A DNA stretch of 42,678 nt, from contig CADBTM010000030.1 in assembly GCA_902797555.1 (NCBI GenBank), forward strand, positions 1 to 42,678. Direction: 5' to 3'. The notes beneath the pieces are model-generated. The model did no database searches and had not been told where the DNA came from. It saw only the letters and a program-made list of their open reading frames with translations. The position numbers and the translations under genes were made by a program. How positions within the stretch are numbered: the stretch's first letter is position 1; every line of letters starts with the position of its first letter. This document shows, piece by piece, positions 41,554 through 42,678 of the stretch. The stretch is from Oscillospiraceae bacterium (lineage in GTDB: Bacteria; Bacillota; Clostridia; Oscillospirales; Butyricicoccaceae).

Positions 41554-42216
41554 ATGATTCGAGGGGTATTTTTCGATCTGGACGGTACACTGGTCAACAG
41601 CATCGCCGACATCGGCGGCGCCGTCAACGAGGCGCTGGCATCGCTGGGACTGCCCCAGTTTTCGCTGGATGAATATCGCTATATGGTGGGAAACGGCATG
41701 CGCAAGCTGTGCCAGCGGGCGCTGCCTGTGGGAAAAGAGGAGCTGCTCCCCGTGCTGATGGAGCGGTACAAGAACAACTATCTGGCCGAATGCACCCGGG
41801 GTACGCTGCCCTACGACGGGGTAAATGAGATGCTGGCGCGGCTGCGGGCGGCGGGGCTCAGGCTGGCTGTCATCACCAACAAGCCCCAGCCCCAGGCCGA
41901 GCGGGTGATGACCCTTTTGCCCGAGGGGTGCGTGGATGTGGTCTTCGGTCAGCAGGAGCCCTATCCCGTCAAGCCCGACCCGGCTTCCTTCCTCCATGTG
42001 GCGGAACTGCTGGGGCTTTTGCCCGACGAGGTGATCTATTGCGGCGATTCGTCGGTGGACATCCAGTTCGCTCACAACGCGGGCACGCTGGGCTTTGGCT
42101 GCGCGTGGGGCTTTCGCGGACGGGGCGAGCTGGAGGAGGCCGGCGCCGACGCCATTGCCGACAGCCCTGAGGAGCTGGGCGAAAGGATTCTGGAGCGCAG
42201 CGCAGCCTGCAAATAA
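41554..42216 (+). CDS. HAD-superfamily phosphatase (phosphoglycolate phosphatase-like)
   Basis: Motif I FFDLDGTLV, motif II VITNK, motif III/IV KPDP...YCGDSSVDIQFAHNAG. Confidence 0.85.
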   Translation: MIRGVFFDLDGTLVNSIADIGGAVNEALASLGLPQFSLDEYRYMVGNGMRKLCQRALPVGKEELLPVLMERYKNNYLAECTRGTLPYDGVNEMLARLRAAGLRLAVITNKPQPQAERVMTLLPEGCVDVVFGQQEPYPVKPDPASFLHVAELLGLLPDEVIYCGDSSVDIQFAHNAGTLGFGCAWGFRGRGELEEAGADAIADSPEELGERILERSAACK

Positions 42217-42276
42217 TTTCTTGTGTTTCCCGTCGAAACGTGGTATGCTGAAAGAAAAAGAAAGGAAGTGTCCGCT

Positions 42277-42429
42277 GTGACAAACTGTCCCGTAAAAAAC
42301 TGTGCCGCGAAAACCCGTGAGACCGTTGCCCTTGTGGTGGCCTGCGTGATGACGCTGGTGGCCGTCGCACTGCTGGTAATGCGCTTTTTCCCTCAGCTGG
42401 ATCCCTTTCGCAAGGGCAAGGAAAACTGA
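42277..42429 (+). CDS. Possible small single-pass membrane peptide (50 aa)
   Basis: GTG start 8 nt after AAAGGAAG. One hydrophobic helix (TVALVVACVMTLVAVALLVMRFF). No homology cue, so coding status is uncertain. Confidence 0.3.
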   Translation: MTNCPVKNCAAKTRETVALVVACVMTLVAVALLVMRFFPQLDPFRKGKEN

Positions 42430-42466
42430 GAAAACGGGATTTTCCCCGGAAATTCAAAAATAATAC

Positions 42467-42495
42467 TTTACAAATGCCGAAACATCCGCTATAAT
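42467..42495 (+). promoter_or_regulatory. Promoter of tRNA-Trp
   Basis: TTTACA (42467-42472), 17-nt spacer, TATAAT (42490-42495). The flanks closely resemble the tRNA-Gln promoter. Confidence 0.55.
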
Positions 42496-42511
42496 AATAG
42501 AGCATTTGCAA

Positions 42512-42587
42512 AGGGGTATAGCTCAGTTGGTAGAGCAGCGGTCTCCAAAACCGCGTGCCGAGGGTTCGAGTCCTTCTGCCCCTGCCA
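42512..42587 (+). tRNA. tRNA-Trp (anticodon CCA), CCA end encoded
   Basis: AGGGGTA-TA-GCTC-AGTTGGTA-GAGC-A-GCGGT-CTCCAAA-ACCGC-GTGCC-GAGGG-TTCGAGT-CCTTC-TGCCCCT-G-CCA. The ends match the B. subtilis tRNA-Trp pattern (AGGGG...CCCCTGCCA). Confidence 0.9.
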
Positions 42588-42591
42588 AAAC

Positions 42592-42620
42592 AAAAAGCAC
42601 ACCGAAGGGTGTGCTTTTTG
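42592..42620. terminator. Rho-independent terminator after tRNA-Trp
   Basis: GCACACC (42597-42603) / GGTGTGC (42608-42614), loop GAAG, with an A-run before and TTTTT after. Confidence 0.75.
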
Positions 42621-42678
42621 CTTTGTATATACGCTTATTTGTCTTAACCCGGGATGGCCACGATGAGGGGCACCAGAA

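Noticed and set aside
1-42678. Absence of TAG stop codons (23 TGA, 9 TAA, 0 TAG among my 32 CDS), which could hint at TAG reassignment.
   Set aside because: The sample is too small, and TGA dominance with rare TAG is normal in GC-rich Firmicutes. No gene shows an in-frame TAG, and no Pyl/Sec machinery or suppressor tRNA is present in the window.
42644-42678. Possible 3' end of a minus-strand gene at the right edge (...LVPLIVAIPG*).
   Set aside because: Only 11 codons are visible, which is too short to support a call.

Overview
This is a 42.7-kb, visibly GC-rich, gene-dense chromosomal segment. Its gene content (trimeric HydABC [FeFe]-hydrogenase, Rex, an SLH-anchored glycosidase, a clostripain-like C11 peptidase, an OhrR/Gpx island) suggests an anaerobic Firmicute of the Clostridia; that taxon is inference only. 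I call 32 protein-coding genes (the first truncated by the window edge), 3 tRNAs (Gln-CUG, Arg-ACG, Trp-CCA), about ten rho-independent terminators and several sigma-A-type promoters. I saw no rRNA, CRISPR array, transposase, integrase or phage genes. Gene order, left to right: NRPS condensation-domain tail, MATE, GH3-SLH-esterase fusion, nitrilase-GNAT fusion | guanine deaminase <> nucleoside-recognition membrane protein | ABC exporter, XRE regulator and C11 peptidase (minus strand) | gpx, PNPOx, ohrR, CDF | hydCBA (minus strand) | alpha/beta hydrolase, membrane-anchored MurF-like ligase, ddl, OmpR-type RR, HK | rex, [DnaA-box cluster], tsaD, rimI, polA (minus strand) | tRNA-Gln, small helical protein | propeller-HD-GYP protein (minus strand) | tRNA-Arg with duplicated 3'-end/terminator modules | AI-2E permease, ABC-F, WYL regulator, HAD phosphatase, small TM peptide | tRNA-Trp. 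The very long ORFs antisense to these genes are GC-driven shadow ORFs. No recognisable defence or mobile system is present. The items most worth a second look are: (1) an in-frame TAA that detaches the conserved C-terminal tail of the ABC-F gene; (2) a scrambled, repeated tRNA-Arg 3'-end/terminator locus containing a ~100-nt structured tRNA-derived element; (3) a MurF-family ligase whose N-terminal domain is replaced by a polytopic membrane domain; (4) a DnaA-box cluster just downstream of tsaD; (5) unusual domain fusions (GH3-SLHx3-alpha/beta hydrolase, and C-N hydrolase-GNAT). All functional calls rest on motif recognition by eye; no homology or HMM search was run.
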